A stretch of DNA of 64,000 bases from an uncultured Actinomycetota bacterium (GTDB taxonomy: Bacteria; Actinomycetota; Actinomycetes; Mycobacteriales; Mycobacteriaceae). The translations under genes and the position numbers were made by a program. Position 1 is the first letter of the stretch; the number at the start of each line of letters is the position of its first letter. The notes under the pieces are model-generated. The model was not told the origin of the DNA. It worked only from the letters and a program-made list of their open reading frames with translations, and did not search any database. Positions 1-8,596 of this stretch are shown here, piece by piece. The stretch is taken from contig CAWFQG010000028.1 in assembly GCA_963817825.1 (NCBI GenBank), forward strand, positions 3,354 to 67,353. The letters run 5' to 3'.

Positions 1-1
1 C

Positions 2-670
2 TCGGCCCGTCTGATTCCGTTGTTCCTCTCGCAGACGATCATCAGCGCGAACCTTGTCGTGACCGCGGTGTTAGGTGTCCTCATACTCGGCGTTCGCCTG
101 CGTCGGCGCGACTGGATGGCCATCGCCACAGTCGTAGGGTCGTTACTGGTCTTGGGACTCACCGCCGGTCATCCCGGTGTTCGGCCGGCGGAACGGGCCT
201 TGCACTGGGGTGTGCTGGCGGCGTCGCTGGTGATCCTTGGCGCCGGCATCGCTCTGATCCGCGTGCTTGGCGCTCGCGCTGCGGTGTCGGCCGGGCTGAT
301 CGCGGGGGTGTTATTCGGTGCGATGGCGGTGGCGGTGCGGGTGACCGACGGTGTCGCCCCCCTTCGGGTAGGCGTCCTGCTCACCGACCCGGCGTCATGG
401 ACGATCGTCATCGCCGGACTGGGCGGCTTCTACCTATTTACTGTGGCGCTGCAACTGGGTTCGGTCAACGGCGCCGCCGCCGCTCTCGTGGTCGGAGAGA
501 CCGTGGTGCCCGGTGTGATCGGCGTGGTGCTGCTTGGTGACACCGCTCAACCAGGGCTGCTGTGGCTGGCCGGCGTGGCGTTCGTGGGTGCGATCGCGGG
601 TGCCGTGGCCGTCGCGATGTTCGCAACGGTCGAGCAGGCGCACGGCACGGCGAGGGTCGACACCGATTAG
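2..670 (+). CDS. Integral membrane protein, DMT/EamA-like (5' end outside window)
   Basis: Frame open from the window edge; a series of hydrophobic helices with the DMT-like 'ETVVPGVIGVVLLGD' segment. Confidence 0.7.
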   Translation, partial: SARLIPLFLSQTIISANLVVTAVLGVLILGVRLRRRDWMAIATVVGSLLVLGLTAGHPGVRPAERALHWGVLAASLVILGAGIALIRVLGARAAVSAGLIAGVLFGAMAVAVRVTDGVAPLRVGVLLTDPASWTIVIAGLGGFYLFTVALQLGSVNGAAAALVVGETVVPGVIGVVLLGDTAQPGLLWLAGVAFVGAIAGAVAVAMFATVEQAHGTARVDTD

Positions 671-693
671 AACTAGGAGACGGTCGACCGACT

Positions 694-936
694 TTACCGG
701 CATCGCACCCATAGATTTTGACAAAACATTCCGACGCCGCCCCACTGGGTTGATGGACCGCCTTCATCACTCGGATCTACCGACAGTGCCGGAGTCGACG
801 TCACTAATTGATCAATGATCGACGGCACCGGCGGCGAAGGGTCTGGCTGTGCGCTGGCTACGCCGGTGCCGGACGCGAGGGCTAAGACGCCGATCCCACC
901 GGCGAGCAGTCTCAGAGCGCACCTGTGACGTTTCAT
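694..936 (-). CDS. Small secreted protein (80 aa)
   Basis: Sec signal peptide ending GVASA|QPD, Pro-rich linker, C-terminal GGVGMFCQNLWVRCR. Confidence 0.7.
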   Translation of the reverse strand: MKRHRCALRLLAGGIGVLALASGTGVASAQPDPSPPVPSIIDQLVTSTPALSVDPSDEGGPSTQWGGVGMFCQNLWVRCR

Positions 937-1163
937 CGTTGCCCCCTGTTGGCATCTGCGCGCAAGAGTGGTATCTCCAGGTTATATGCCACCGTCGGAG
1001 ATTTGTGGATATGGCATAAGGCAATTGGGGTTGCCGGCCCCTCGTCGAGCGTCATCACTTCACACCCTTATCGCGTACCCATTACAAACGCGCAACAACT
1101 TCAGTTCGCCCGGCCTGCCACAGCCGTTACTTGAATCCGACGGTGCTTACGGTATCGGCCGTG

Positions 1164-1850
1164 ATGCCGATGGCAGCGGTACTCCGGCGCGCTGCGGTGG
1201 TCTTCGCCGTTTGCGTTGTCGTCTCGGCGACCACCGCACCTTCGGCAGTTGCTGATACCGACCCTGGCCCTGTCCCTCCCGACGGACGAGTGCCGTCGGG
1301 TGATCTGGCAACGGTCAACACTCCTGACGGCTGGTCCCTGACACTCGGGGCCAAGGACGAGATGCAAGTCCCGGTGCAGCCGTTGACCACCGCGCTCTCT
1401 TCTCGCGAATACCTTGCCAGCGGAACGTTCCTCGGTTCGCTGAGCGGACCCGAAGAGCCTCGGGGAGTCCTCGAGGTCGGTTATGAGATCGGTTGCGGAA
1501 TCGACATGAGCACATCCAACGGCGTGACGATGGCCGGTAGCGCAGGCATGACGCCATCACTCGGCGTATCGGGACCGCTAGGCGCTTTGCCCACGGCTGT
1601 ATTGCCAGTGATTTCTACGCCGGTCAACGGAGTGATCACCGTGGGCCTCAAGCCCGGCCTGGTCATCGTCGTGCCGGTCGACAAGAAGGAGTTCAAGAGT
1701 CCCCGCCCCTGGGTCATGATTAGCAACTTTCACGTCAAGATCGACGGATGCGTGGGCCAGTCATTCATCCGCTCGTATGCGACGCTGACGCGACAGACGG
1801 ATCAATCCGACGTTGTGTTGTCCTACGTCGGCGTAACCAAAACCGTCTGA
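1164..1850 (+). CDS. MspA-family porin
   Basis: Signal peptide followed by MspA-like motifs TPDGWSLTL, PLTTALSSREYL, LEVGYEIGCGID, GLKPG, HVKIDGCVGQSFIRSYA; start chosen at ATG 1164 (ORF track begins at 1131). Confidence 0.85.
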   Translation: MPMAAVLRRAAVVFAVCVVVSATTAPSAVADTDPGPVPPDGRVPSGDLATVNTPDGWSLTLGAKDEMQVPVQPLTTALSSREYLASGTFLGSLSGPEEPRGVLEVGYEIGCGIDMSTSNGVTMAGSAGMTPSLGVSGPLGALPTAVLPVISTPVNGVITVGLKPGLVIVVPVDKKEFKSPRPWVMISNFHVKIDGCVGQSFIRSYATLTRQTDQSDVVLSYVGVTKTV

Positions 1851-1880
1851 TCAATAATGTCGGGTTCAATAATGTCGGGT
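1851..1880. repeat. Perfect 15-bp tandem duplication (TCAATAATGTCGGGT x2)
   Basis: Read directly: 1851-1865 and 1866-1880, immediately after the porin TGA. Confidence 0.9.
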
Positions 1881-2055
1881 CGGCACCGCCGCCACGACAC
1901 TTCGCGCACACCGTCTGCGAAGGGGTGGGGGGTGCCCCCGTCGCCGTCAAGCGTCTGCCTCGCACGGCCAGCTCGTTCCATCTGCACTCGTCTCGGCTGC
2001 ATACCCCGTCGACCAAGCAACCATCCCGGCTGATCAAGGGTGCTTAGCTAATGGG

Positions 2056-2718
2056 ATGGAGGAGCAGGCTCGGTTGAGCCGACAGAAACGAGTCGTTCTC
2101 CGGCTGGTGTTGGCGGCAACGGTCGGTCTTGCAGTGTCTACGGCGGTCGGTGTCACGGCCGGCTCGACCTATGCGCCGGCCGTCGGGTGGATCGCGGCGG
2201 CGTGCGTTTATCTCGGGTGGACGTGGATCGTTGTTTTCCCGATGAACGCCGAGCGGACGCGCAATCATGTTGGCCCCGAGGACCCGCCGAGGGGGTGGGC
2301 CAGCGATGTCGTCGTCCTTTTGGCCTGCGTAGCGAGTCTGGTTGGTGTCGGCCATCTGCTTGCCGCAGGATCGAAGTACGGAGTCGAAAGGGATGTCGCC
2401 GCAGCGGTCGGGGTGGTCAGTATCGTCGCGGCGTGGTTCGTTGTCCACACGGTCTTCAGCCTCCGCTATGCCGACGTCTACTACTCGAACGCAGGCCGTG
2501 GAATCAGATTCAAAGGAACTGAGGAACCGTGGTTCCGAGATTTCTTCTATCTGGGTTTTACCATCGGCATCGCCTACCAGGTGTCCGACACCGAGCTGGA
2601 GACACGGCAGCTTCGAGTGATCGCACTATGCCAGGTGTTGCTCTCCTATTTCTTTGGAGCGGTGATCCTCGCGGTCACCATCAATCTGGTTGTCGCACTG
2701 AGTAACTCGGTCAGCTGA
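2056..2718 (+). CDS. DUF1345-family membrane protein
   Basis: TM helices plus 'HTVFSLRYADVYY', 'DFFYLGFTIGIAYQVSDT', 'LSYFFGAVILAVTINLV'. Confidence 0.85.
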   Translation: MEEQARLSRQKRVVLRLVLAATVGLAVSTAVGVTAGSTYAPAVGWIAAACVYLGWTWIVVFPMNAERTRNHVGPEDPPRGWASDVVVLLACVASLVGVGHLLAAGSKYGVERDVAAAVGVVSIVAAWFVVHTVFSLRYADVYYSNAGRGIRFKGTEEPWFRDFFYLGFTIGIAYQVSDTELETRQLRVIALCQVLLSYFFGAVILAVTINLVVALSNSVS

Positions 2719-2733
2719 ACAGCTGATCGCAGC

Positions 2734-2779
2734 GGCCTGCGGTGGTCGGACGTCGACCTGAAGGCCGGGCACCATCACG
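2734..2779 (+). pseudogene. Tyrosine integrase remnant (GLRWSDVDLKAG/TIT)
   Basis: Translates to GLRWSDVDLKAG, then TIT after a 1-base slip; resembles the segment following the catalytic Arg box of phage-type integrases; no start or remainder of the gene. Confidence 0.5.
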
Positions 2780-3359
2780 GCTGTTCACGGCACCGGCAGG
2801 TATTTGTATTCACCCTTGACCATGACGAACGGGTGGTCGGGTCGAACAGGGCCGCGGCACCGAACTGCGCCACGAAACGCGTCGGTGTTGTTAAGCGGCG
2901 GCCACGGCGACGGTCGCGGCTGCCGCTTCACCCCACCCCATTGACAAAACGTCCCGGCGCGGACTGGACAACGTGATACGCGCCAGCACAATCGGTTTCA
3001 CCCTGGCAGTGTGTGTGGGGGCCGGGGTTCTTGACTCTACCGGCTCACGGTGGGAGACGAGGTTTCGACGGGGCTTCCTGTGTCTCACTGGAAGAACTCC
3101 ATCGCGCTCCGCCGATGCAAACGATCACGGCACCGGTCGGTATCGGCCTAAGCGAACACAAATCCGGTCCGTATCGATGGCCCGAAATCGACGTCTGGTG
3201 ATTGCTTCTCAGTCGTCGACACTTGCGCTACCCGATGCGGCGATCTTGTTGCAGAACGCTGCCTCGAAGCGGGTGCGTGGCTCGACGATCCAGAGGGCCT
3301 GACTCGCCACGAAGTGGTCGATCTGGTGATGCTTGTATTCGACTCCGTCGCAAGGTCTC

Positions 3360-3473
3360 TCACTTCCGCCCCGGCGTGAGCAAATCGTTGGCTTCGGCTT
3401 CGGCCCACTCTTGAAATGACGTGGCGTCGCGTCCTAGTACGTCGGCGATGTCGCGCACATCGATGAATCCCCG
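3360..3473 (-). pseudogene. NmrA/NAD(P)H-binding protein remnant
   Basis: RGFIDVRDIADVLGRDATSFQEWAEAEA joins two motifs resembling NmrA-family middle (FIDVRDIA) and C-terminal (VLGRxATSFxEWA) segments. Confidence 0.4.
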
Positions 3474-3482
3474 CTACCAGGT

Positions 3483-3517
3483 AAAACGGCCCCCGGAGAC
3501 TTTCCGGGGGCCGTTTT
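3483..3517. terminator. Bidirectional intrinsic terminator
   Basis: Perfect 15-bp inverted repeat AAAACGGCCCCCGGA-GACTT-TCCGGGGGCCGTTTT with A/T tails, downstream of the minus-strand gene ending at 3553. Confidence 0.85.
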
Positions 3518-3552
3518 CATGCTTGGCCAGGCAATGATCGTCGTCAGCGTGA

Positions 3553-3876
3553 CTACTGCAGGCTGAGCTGGGACGGCGGAACGGGCTGGACCCTCAGCCG
3601 GTAAAAGTTGTAGTCGGTGACCGTGTATTCGGCAAGGAGCTTGTGGTTGGGGTCGTACAGCGAGCAGATCTGGTCGCGGTCGGCGCCCCGTCGCTGCGTG
3701 TGGTACACGCCGAGCACTGCTCCGGCGGCGTAAGACCCGGGATTCTGCTCGCACGACGCCTGGATGCTGTTCGCCGCGCTGGCCGGTGCGCTCATCGCGA
3801 GCGCGCCGACGGCGATGGCGCTAGCGCCGATCGCGCTGGCGACCAGGCGGTGGAAGGTGGTGATGGTTGCGTTCAT
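3553..3876 (-). CDS. Small secreted protein with two Cys
   Basis: RBS AGGAGA before ATG 3876; signal peptide ending APASA|ANS. Confidence 0.75.
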   Translation of the reverse strand: MNATITTFHRLVASAIGASAIAVGALAMSAPASAANSIQASCEQNPGSYAAGAVLGVYHTQRRGADRDQICSLYDPNHKLLAEYTVTDYNFYRLRVQPVPPSQLSLQ

Positions 3877-4416
3877 GATGTTTCTCCTTCTGGTTGGTCG
3901 CGGCGCGTATGCCGCGTTCACAGGTAGGAGCCGTCCACTCGTAGGAATCCCTCACTTTTTTCGGAAGTTTTTTGGGCCTGGCGTGTACGGCTAAGCCATC
4001 CGTGCTCGTTAGGGACGCTCGACTGGCTACCCGCCGGTCCCAGCGGAGCGTAATAACGGGGCAGCGATAGACCTTGTGATGTACATCTGGTTCCTCGCAG
4101 TCGGCGCTCCCTCCGCTCTTGCGGGTGATACACGGCATTTCGCAAGGCAAGTACGCAGGCATATCCCAGAATCCCCAAAGCAAAAGCAAACCCACACTGT
4201 GGTTTGCGCCGCCAACGGTGTGGGCATGCCGTTAGTTGGCTCATGTTCGCCTGTTTGAAAGCTGCTGTCGCACTGTGGATGTACTTGAGAATCCCTATGT
4301 TCTTTGTGCTGCAAGCATTTTCACAGACATCCGTACCACTATCTCCAGATATCAGGGATACCGTTAACGGCCTGCGCATCGTCTGTGCGTGCGCAAAAAA
4401 GGAAGGAGCAACTGCA

Positions 4417-4650
4417 GTGCGTAAACTCGCTTCTCAGATGTGCCTTGCCGCCGGCGCTTGCGCGCTGATCGCTGCCGCACCAATTGGATCGTTGGCGATT
4501 CTCCAGAGCGCTGGATCGAGTCTCGGTCCGCTCAGCACCGGGATGACCGAAACGGAGACAACACCAACGACCGTGCCGGCGACCTCGATGGCCGTCCCCG
4601 CAATCAAGGGTCCCGCGGCACTGCCCAAAGAAGAGCAAGGTCTGCCGTAG
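4417..4650 (+). CDS. Small secreted/membrane-anchored Thr/Pro-rich protein
   Basis: RBS GGAAGGAG before GTG 4417; hydrophobic N-terminus, tail TETETTPTTVPATSMAVPAIKGPAALP. Confidence 0.6.
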   Translation: MRKLASQMCLAAGACALIAAAPIGSLAILQSAGSSLGPLSTGMTETETTPTTVPATSMAVPAIKGPAALPKEEQGLP

Positions 4651-4796
4651 CGTGCCGATGGCCTGAGCCAATCTCGGACTTCTCCTGCAGCCGATCATCG
4701 TGGCTGTAGGTGATCGCGCTTAATTCTCGTGCCGTCCGGTGTCTATATCGATGGAGCTCATGATTCGGCTCATCGACACCGGAAGGCGGAACGGCA

Positions 4797-5471
4797 GTGA
4801 AAAATCCCCCGATAGCCACGGCCCAGGAGTGGGAGGCTGCGCGCGAAAAGCTGCTCGACAGGGAGAAAGAGGTGACCCGCGCACAGGACGCGCTGGCGGC
4901 AGAGCGTAGACGGATGCCCTGGCTGGCGGTGGAGAAGAACTACGAGTTCCTGGGACCAGACGGCCCGGCAAGCCTCGTCGACCTCTTCGGCGGTCGACGC
5001 CAGCTGGTGCTCTACCGCGCGTTCTTCGAACCGGGTGTGCACGGCTGGCCCGACCACGCCTGCCCCGGGTGCTCGCTCATGGCCGACCAGGTGGCGCACG
5101 TCTCGCATCTGCACGCCCGCGACACCAGTCTGGTGTTCGCCTCGCGCGGACAGCGGGCCGACATCGACCGGTTGAAGACGAGGATGGGGTGGGAGGACAT
5201 CCCCTGGTACACCATCACCGACGACTTCGACGCCGACTTCGGTGTGGACGAATGGCACGGCACCAACATGTTCATCCGCGACGGCGACTCGGTGTTCCGC
5301 ACCTACTTCATCAACAACCGCGGCGACGAGAAGTTGGGCGGCACCTGGGCCTACCTCGATCTGACGGCGCTCGGTCGGCAGGAGCAGTGGGAGGACTCCC
5401 CGGAGGGCTACCCGCAGACACCGCCATACCAGTGGTGGAATTGGCACGACGAATACGACCACTCCTCGTGA
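4797..5471 (+). CDS. DUF899 thioredoxin-like protein
   Basis: 'LAAERRRMPW', 'LVDLFGGRRQL', 'ACPGCS', 'YLDLTALGRQE' typical of DUF899. Confidence 0.9.
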   Translation: MKNPPIATAQEWEAAREKLLDREKEVTRAQDALAAERRRMPWLAVEKNYEFLGPDGPASLVDLFGGRRQLVLYRAFFEPGVHGWPDHACPGCSLMADQVAHVSHLHARDTSLVFASRGQRADIDRLKTRMGWEDIPWYTITDDFDADFGVDEWHGTNMFIRDGDSVFRTYFINNRGDEKLGGTWAYLDLTALGRQEQWEDSPEGYPQTPPYQWWNWHDEYDHSS

Positions 5472-5884
5472 CCGGTCGTGCACCGCTCGTCGCCGGTCGG
5501 GTGGCTGCTGCGCTCGCGGTGACTTCGGCTGCGCTGCACGTGATCATGGCTGTCCATGCCGCGGAGATCGCGGTCTCCGTGTTGATCATCGCGATGGCTT
5601 TGATGTGCCTGCTGTGTGCCCGCGAGCTGTGGGCTGCGCCGACGAAGCGGGTGTGGGGTCTAGTGGCGGCGACCAATCTGGCGATGATCGCGCTGCACCT
5701 TCCGGCGCCCAGCGGGCATCATCACGGCAGCGCCATTCTCACGACCACGTCCGGCCATCCCGCGACACTCATGGTGCTGGCGACCGCGCTTGCCGGGGTC
5801 GAAGTCGTGCTCGCGACCGCAGTCCTCTATGCCTGGAGCCGTGAGGAGGCCCGGATCCTCATTCCGCGTCGCTCTGGTCGATGA
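5468..5884 (+). CDS. Hypothetical membrane protein with His-rich loop
   Basis: GTG overlaps the DUF899 TGA (GTGA); about 4 TM helices; GHHHG loop. Confidence 0.65.
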   Translation: MTGRAPLVAGRVAAALAVTSAALHVIMAVHAAEIAVSVLIIAMALMCLLCARELWAAPTKRVWGLVAATNLAMIALHLPAPSGHHHGSAILTTTSGHPATLMVLATALAGVEVVLATAVLYAWSREEARILIPRRSGR

Positions 5885-6842
5885 GTACCGCCCCGTCGGG
5901 ATCGTCTCCCAGCGTCTGGAGCCCGATATCGGTGCCTTCGGTTGTCACGCGGATGATCTGGGCTAGCTGCCCCGGGGCGTCGCACTGCAGATAATGGTCG
6001 GCGGTCGGCAGCACCCAATAGCGGTTCCGGCCCGGTTTGTTCTTCAAATACTTCTGCCACACGTGGTTCGGCACGCGTAGGGGCGAGACGGTGTCGTGCA
6101 CACCCCACACAAGCGTCGTGTCGATGTCGCTCCTGGAAAGCCTTTCCAGCCAACTGGTTTCATCGGCGGCGCGCTCATGCAGGTACTGAATCGTGTCCGG
6201 CAGCACGCGGATTCCGTCGTTGTGGGCGAAGCATTTCACCAGCGCGGCGATCTCCGGGTCTTCCAGGTCCCGCCGCGGCATGAATGTGCTCGCTCCAAGA
6301 CCCGCCGCCAACAACTCCGGCGTGGTCGCCGCCGCGGTGGCGCGGCCGGTCGCGTCGTCCAGCAGTGCGGTCTGGAAGGCGGTCAGGTTGGCCAGCGGCA
6401 GATAGATGTTGGCATTGGTCATGAAGACGTCGGCCGGTGGATGAGCAGCCGAAAGCATGTCCAGTGCGATCATCCCGACGCTGCTGCCGCGGTCGTGAGT
6501 GACCATCCGATAGTCGGTGAGATTCCAGACCTCGGTGATCGCGTGCACGAGCAGACGCGCATCGTCGTAGAGCGAGTAGACGTACGGCGCAGGCGGCTTG
6601 TCGGAGAGGCCGTAGCCGGGAAAGTCCAGCACGAAGATGTCGAACTCGTCGCTCAGTTCCTGTGCCAGCGCATAAAAGTCGATGCTCGACGTGGGGAAGC
6701 CGTGAACGCATACCAACGCCGGTGCGCCCTGGGCGCCACAGCGCCGGCTGAACACCGTGACTTCCTGTCCGCCGTTGGCCTCGGTTGACGACCGCCAGCC
6801 AAAGGTCACTGCGTCACTGCGCCACTCGGCGAAGATGTCCAC
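5859..6842 (-). CDS. Alpha/beta hydrolase (epoxide hydrolase/MEST-like)
   Basis: HGFPTSS oxyanion motif, THDRGSS nucleophile elbow, ADHYLQ catalytic His; GTG 6842 with GGAAGG RBS. Confidence 0.85.
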   Translation of the reverse strand: MDIFAEWRSDAVTFGWRSSTEANGGQEVTVFSRRCGAQGAPALVCVHGFPTSSIDFYALAQELSDEFDIFVLDFPGYGLSDKPPAPYVYSLYDDARLLVHAITEVWNLTDYRMVTHDRGSSVGMIALDMLSAAHPPADVFMTNANIYLPLANLTAFQTALLDDATGRATAAATTPELLAAGLGASTFMPRRDLEDPEIAALVKCFAHNDGIRVLPDTIQYLHERAADETSWLERLSRSDIDTTLVWGVHDTVSPLRVPNHVWQKYLKNKPGRNRYWVLPTADHYLQCDAPGQLAQIIRVTTEGTDIGLQTLGDDPDGAVLIDQSDAE

Positions 6843-6897
6843 GATGCCAGCCCTTCCGAGTGATCCGAAGATAGCGGACCCGAAGGGCAGGCCCGAC

Positions 6898-7344
6898 CTA
6901 TCCGGTCCAGTCGATGGGGTGGCGACTCCTCGCGAGGTGGTCGAGTCTGGCCAGCGCATCGCCGATGTCACCGACGACAGGCAACTCGTCATCGGGATCG
7001 CAGATCCGCAGAATCCGCAGTGCCGTCGGTCCGGCCACGATCATCCAGTCCACATCGCGCCGGGCGCAGTGCACGCTGACGAAGTGCAGTGCCGTGAAGC
7101 CCTGGCTTCCGAAGAAGCCCACCGAAGTGAGATCAAGGATGAGTTGCTGGGAGATGCGCGAGTGGCGCTCGACGAAGCGTCCGATTGCGTGGCGGTTCGT
7201 GGCGTCGACCTCGCCTCTGACGGCGATGAGCACGCGCGCCGCGGCCAGATCGTGCACGTGGAGTACGGCTCGGCCACACCGTTGAGTCTCATCGGCGGAC
7301 GGCAGATGGACACGACGCAACTCAGCGCTGCTGACAAGTGACAC
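6898..7344 (-). CDS. STAS-domain anti-sigma-factor antagonist
   Basis: 'VRGEVDATN', 'LILDLTSVGFFGSQG' (phosphorylatable Ser), 'RILRICDP'. Confidence 0.85.
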   Translation of the reverse strand: MSLVSSAELRRVHLPSADETQRCGRAVLHVHDLAAARVLIAVRGEVDATNRHAIGRFVERHSRISQQLILDLTSVGFFGSQGFTALHFVSVHCARRDVDWMIVAGPTALRILRICDPDDELPVVGDIGDALARLDHLARSRHPIDWTG

Positions 7345-7475
7345 GGTGAACTCCCCTTTCCCCAGCGCGAAACGGCGCCCGAGCGGACTCGAACGGCCCT
7401 GCAGTCTGAAGGCCGGATGAGCGATGCTGCGATTGCGCACCGCGACCGGCTGTAAGCTCAACCTCTGCTGAGAAT

Positions 7476-7494
7476 ACTACGGATTCCGCGTAGT
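7476..7494. promoter_or_regulatory. Inverted repeat ACTACG-N7-CGTAGT
   Basis: Read directly in the divergent intergenic region. Confidence 0.35.
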
Positions 7495-7660
7495 GAGACG
7501 AAGCTCACTAATCTCTTACGAATCCATTGCGGTACTTCCCTTTTCAGATATTTCGGCATCAATGTGACCCCGCTGTAGTTGCCGAACCAGGCATGATCCC
7601 GACGGAATCCGTTTCCTTTTCCCAGCGCAATCGCGCGGTGTACGTTCGCGCGATGTAACT

Positions 7661-7675
7661 ACTACGCAACGTAGT
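7661..7675. promoter_or_regulatory. Inverted repeat ACTACG-N3-CGTAGT (candidate operator)
   Basis: Same half-sites as 7476-7494, about 45 bp upstream of the hydrolase operon. Confidence 0.4.
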
Positions 7676-7720
7676 TGTTTTGCTGCATGCCGTCGGTTTG
7701 GCGTCCCTTACGATCCGAGG

Positions 7721-8596
7721 GTGACGACAGCACCCGAGCCATTCGTGACCGACGGGCCCGGCGGCATCCGCATCGTCTCGGACCGACTCGGTGACCCCTC
7801 GGCACGAGCCGTGGTGTTCCTGCACGGTGGCGGGCAGACCCGCCGCTCCTGGGCCCGCGCCGCTGCCGCTGTTGCGCAACGCGGTTGGCAGGCCGTCACC
7901 ATCGACTTCCGCGGCCACGGCGAGTCCGACTGGTCGACCGAAGGCGACTACCGCGTCGTCACGTTCGCCGAAGACGTCCGCACGGTTGTGCGCCAACTTC
8001 CGCCGAACCCGGTCCTGGTCGGCGCATCCCTTGGCGGCTTCACCTCGATGCTCCTCGCAGGCGAGCTGTCGCGGGGCATCGCCAGCGCCGTTGTGCTGGT
8101 GGACATCGTGCCGGACATGAACCCGTCCGGGGCGGCGCGGATCCACGACTTCATGGCGGGCCGGATGGTTGAGGGCTTCGAGTCACTCGACGAGGTCGCG
8201 GACATGATCGCCGAGTACAACCCGCATCGGCCGCGCCCGACAGATCTGAACGGTTTGCGGGCCAACCTTCGTCGCCGCGGTGACCGGTGGTACTGGCACT
8301 GGGACCCGCAGTTCATCGACGGCACCGCCGCGAACCCGCCGATCGAGGTGACAGATCCGGAGCGCATGCACAATGCTGTCGATGCGATCCTCGCGGACGA
8401 CGTGCCCGTGCTGTTGGTGCGCGGACAGGTGAGCGACCTGGTGAGCGAAGATCGCGCCGAGGAGTTCCTCGCGCGCTTTCCTCAAGTCGAATTCGTCGAC
8501 GTCCAGGGTGCGGGCCACATGGTGGCCGGCGACCGCAACGACCTCTTCGCCGAGGCCGTCGTGGACTTTCTGAACCGGCACGCAAACGCGCGATGA
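7721..8596 (+). CDS. Alpha/beta hydrolase
   Basis: HGGGQT, GASLGG nucleophile, AGHMVAGD catalytic His. Confidence 0.9.
   Translation: MTTAPEPFVTDGPGGIRIVSDRLGDPSARAVVFLHGGGQTRRSWARAAAAVAQRGWQAVTIDFRGHGESDWSTEGDYRVVTFAEDVRTVVRQLPPNPVLVGASLGGFTSMLLAGELSRGIASAVVLVDIVPDMNPSGAARIHDFMAGRMVEGFESLDEVADMIAEYNPHRPRPTDLNGLRANLRRRGDRWYWHWDPQFIDGTAANPPIEVTDPERMHNAVDAILADDVPVLLVRGQVSDLVSEDRAEEFLARFPQVEFVDVQGAGHMVAGDRNDLFAEAVVDFLNRHANAR

Noticed and set aside
2941-2946. TTGACA -35 element
   Set aside because: No -10 at correct spacing and no downstream gene
4008-4025. DosR-like half-site TTAGGGAC
   Set aside because: The second half-site is absent
4074-4089. CRP-like TGTGATGTACATCTGG
   Set aside because: The right half does not match TCACA
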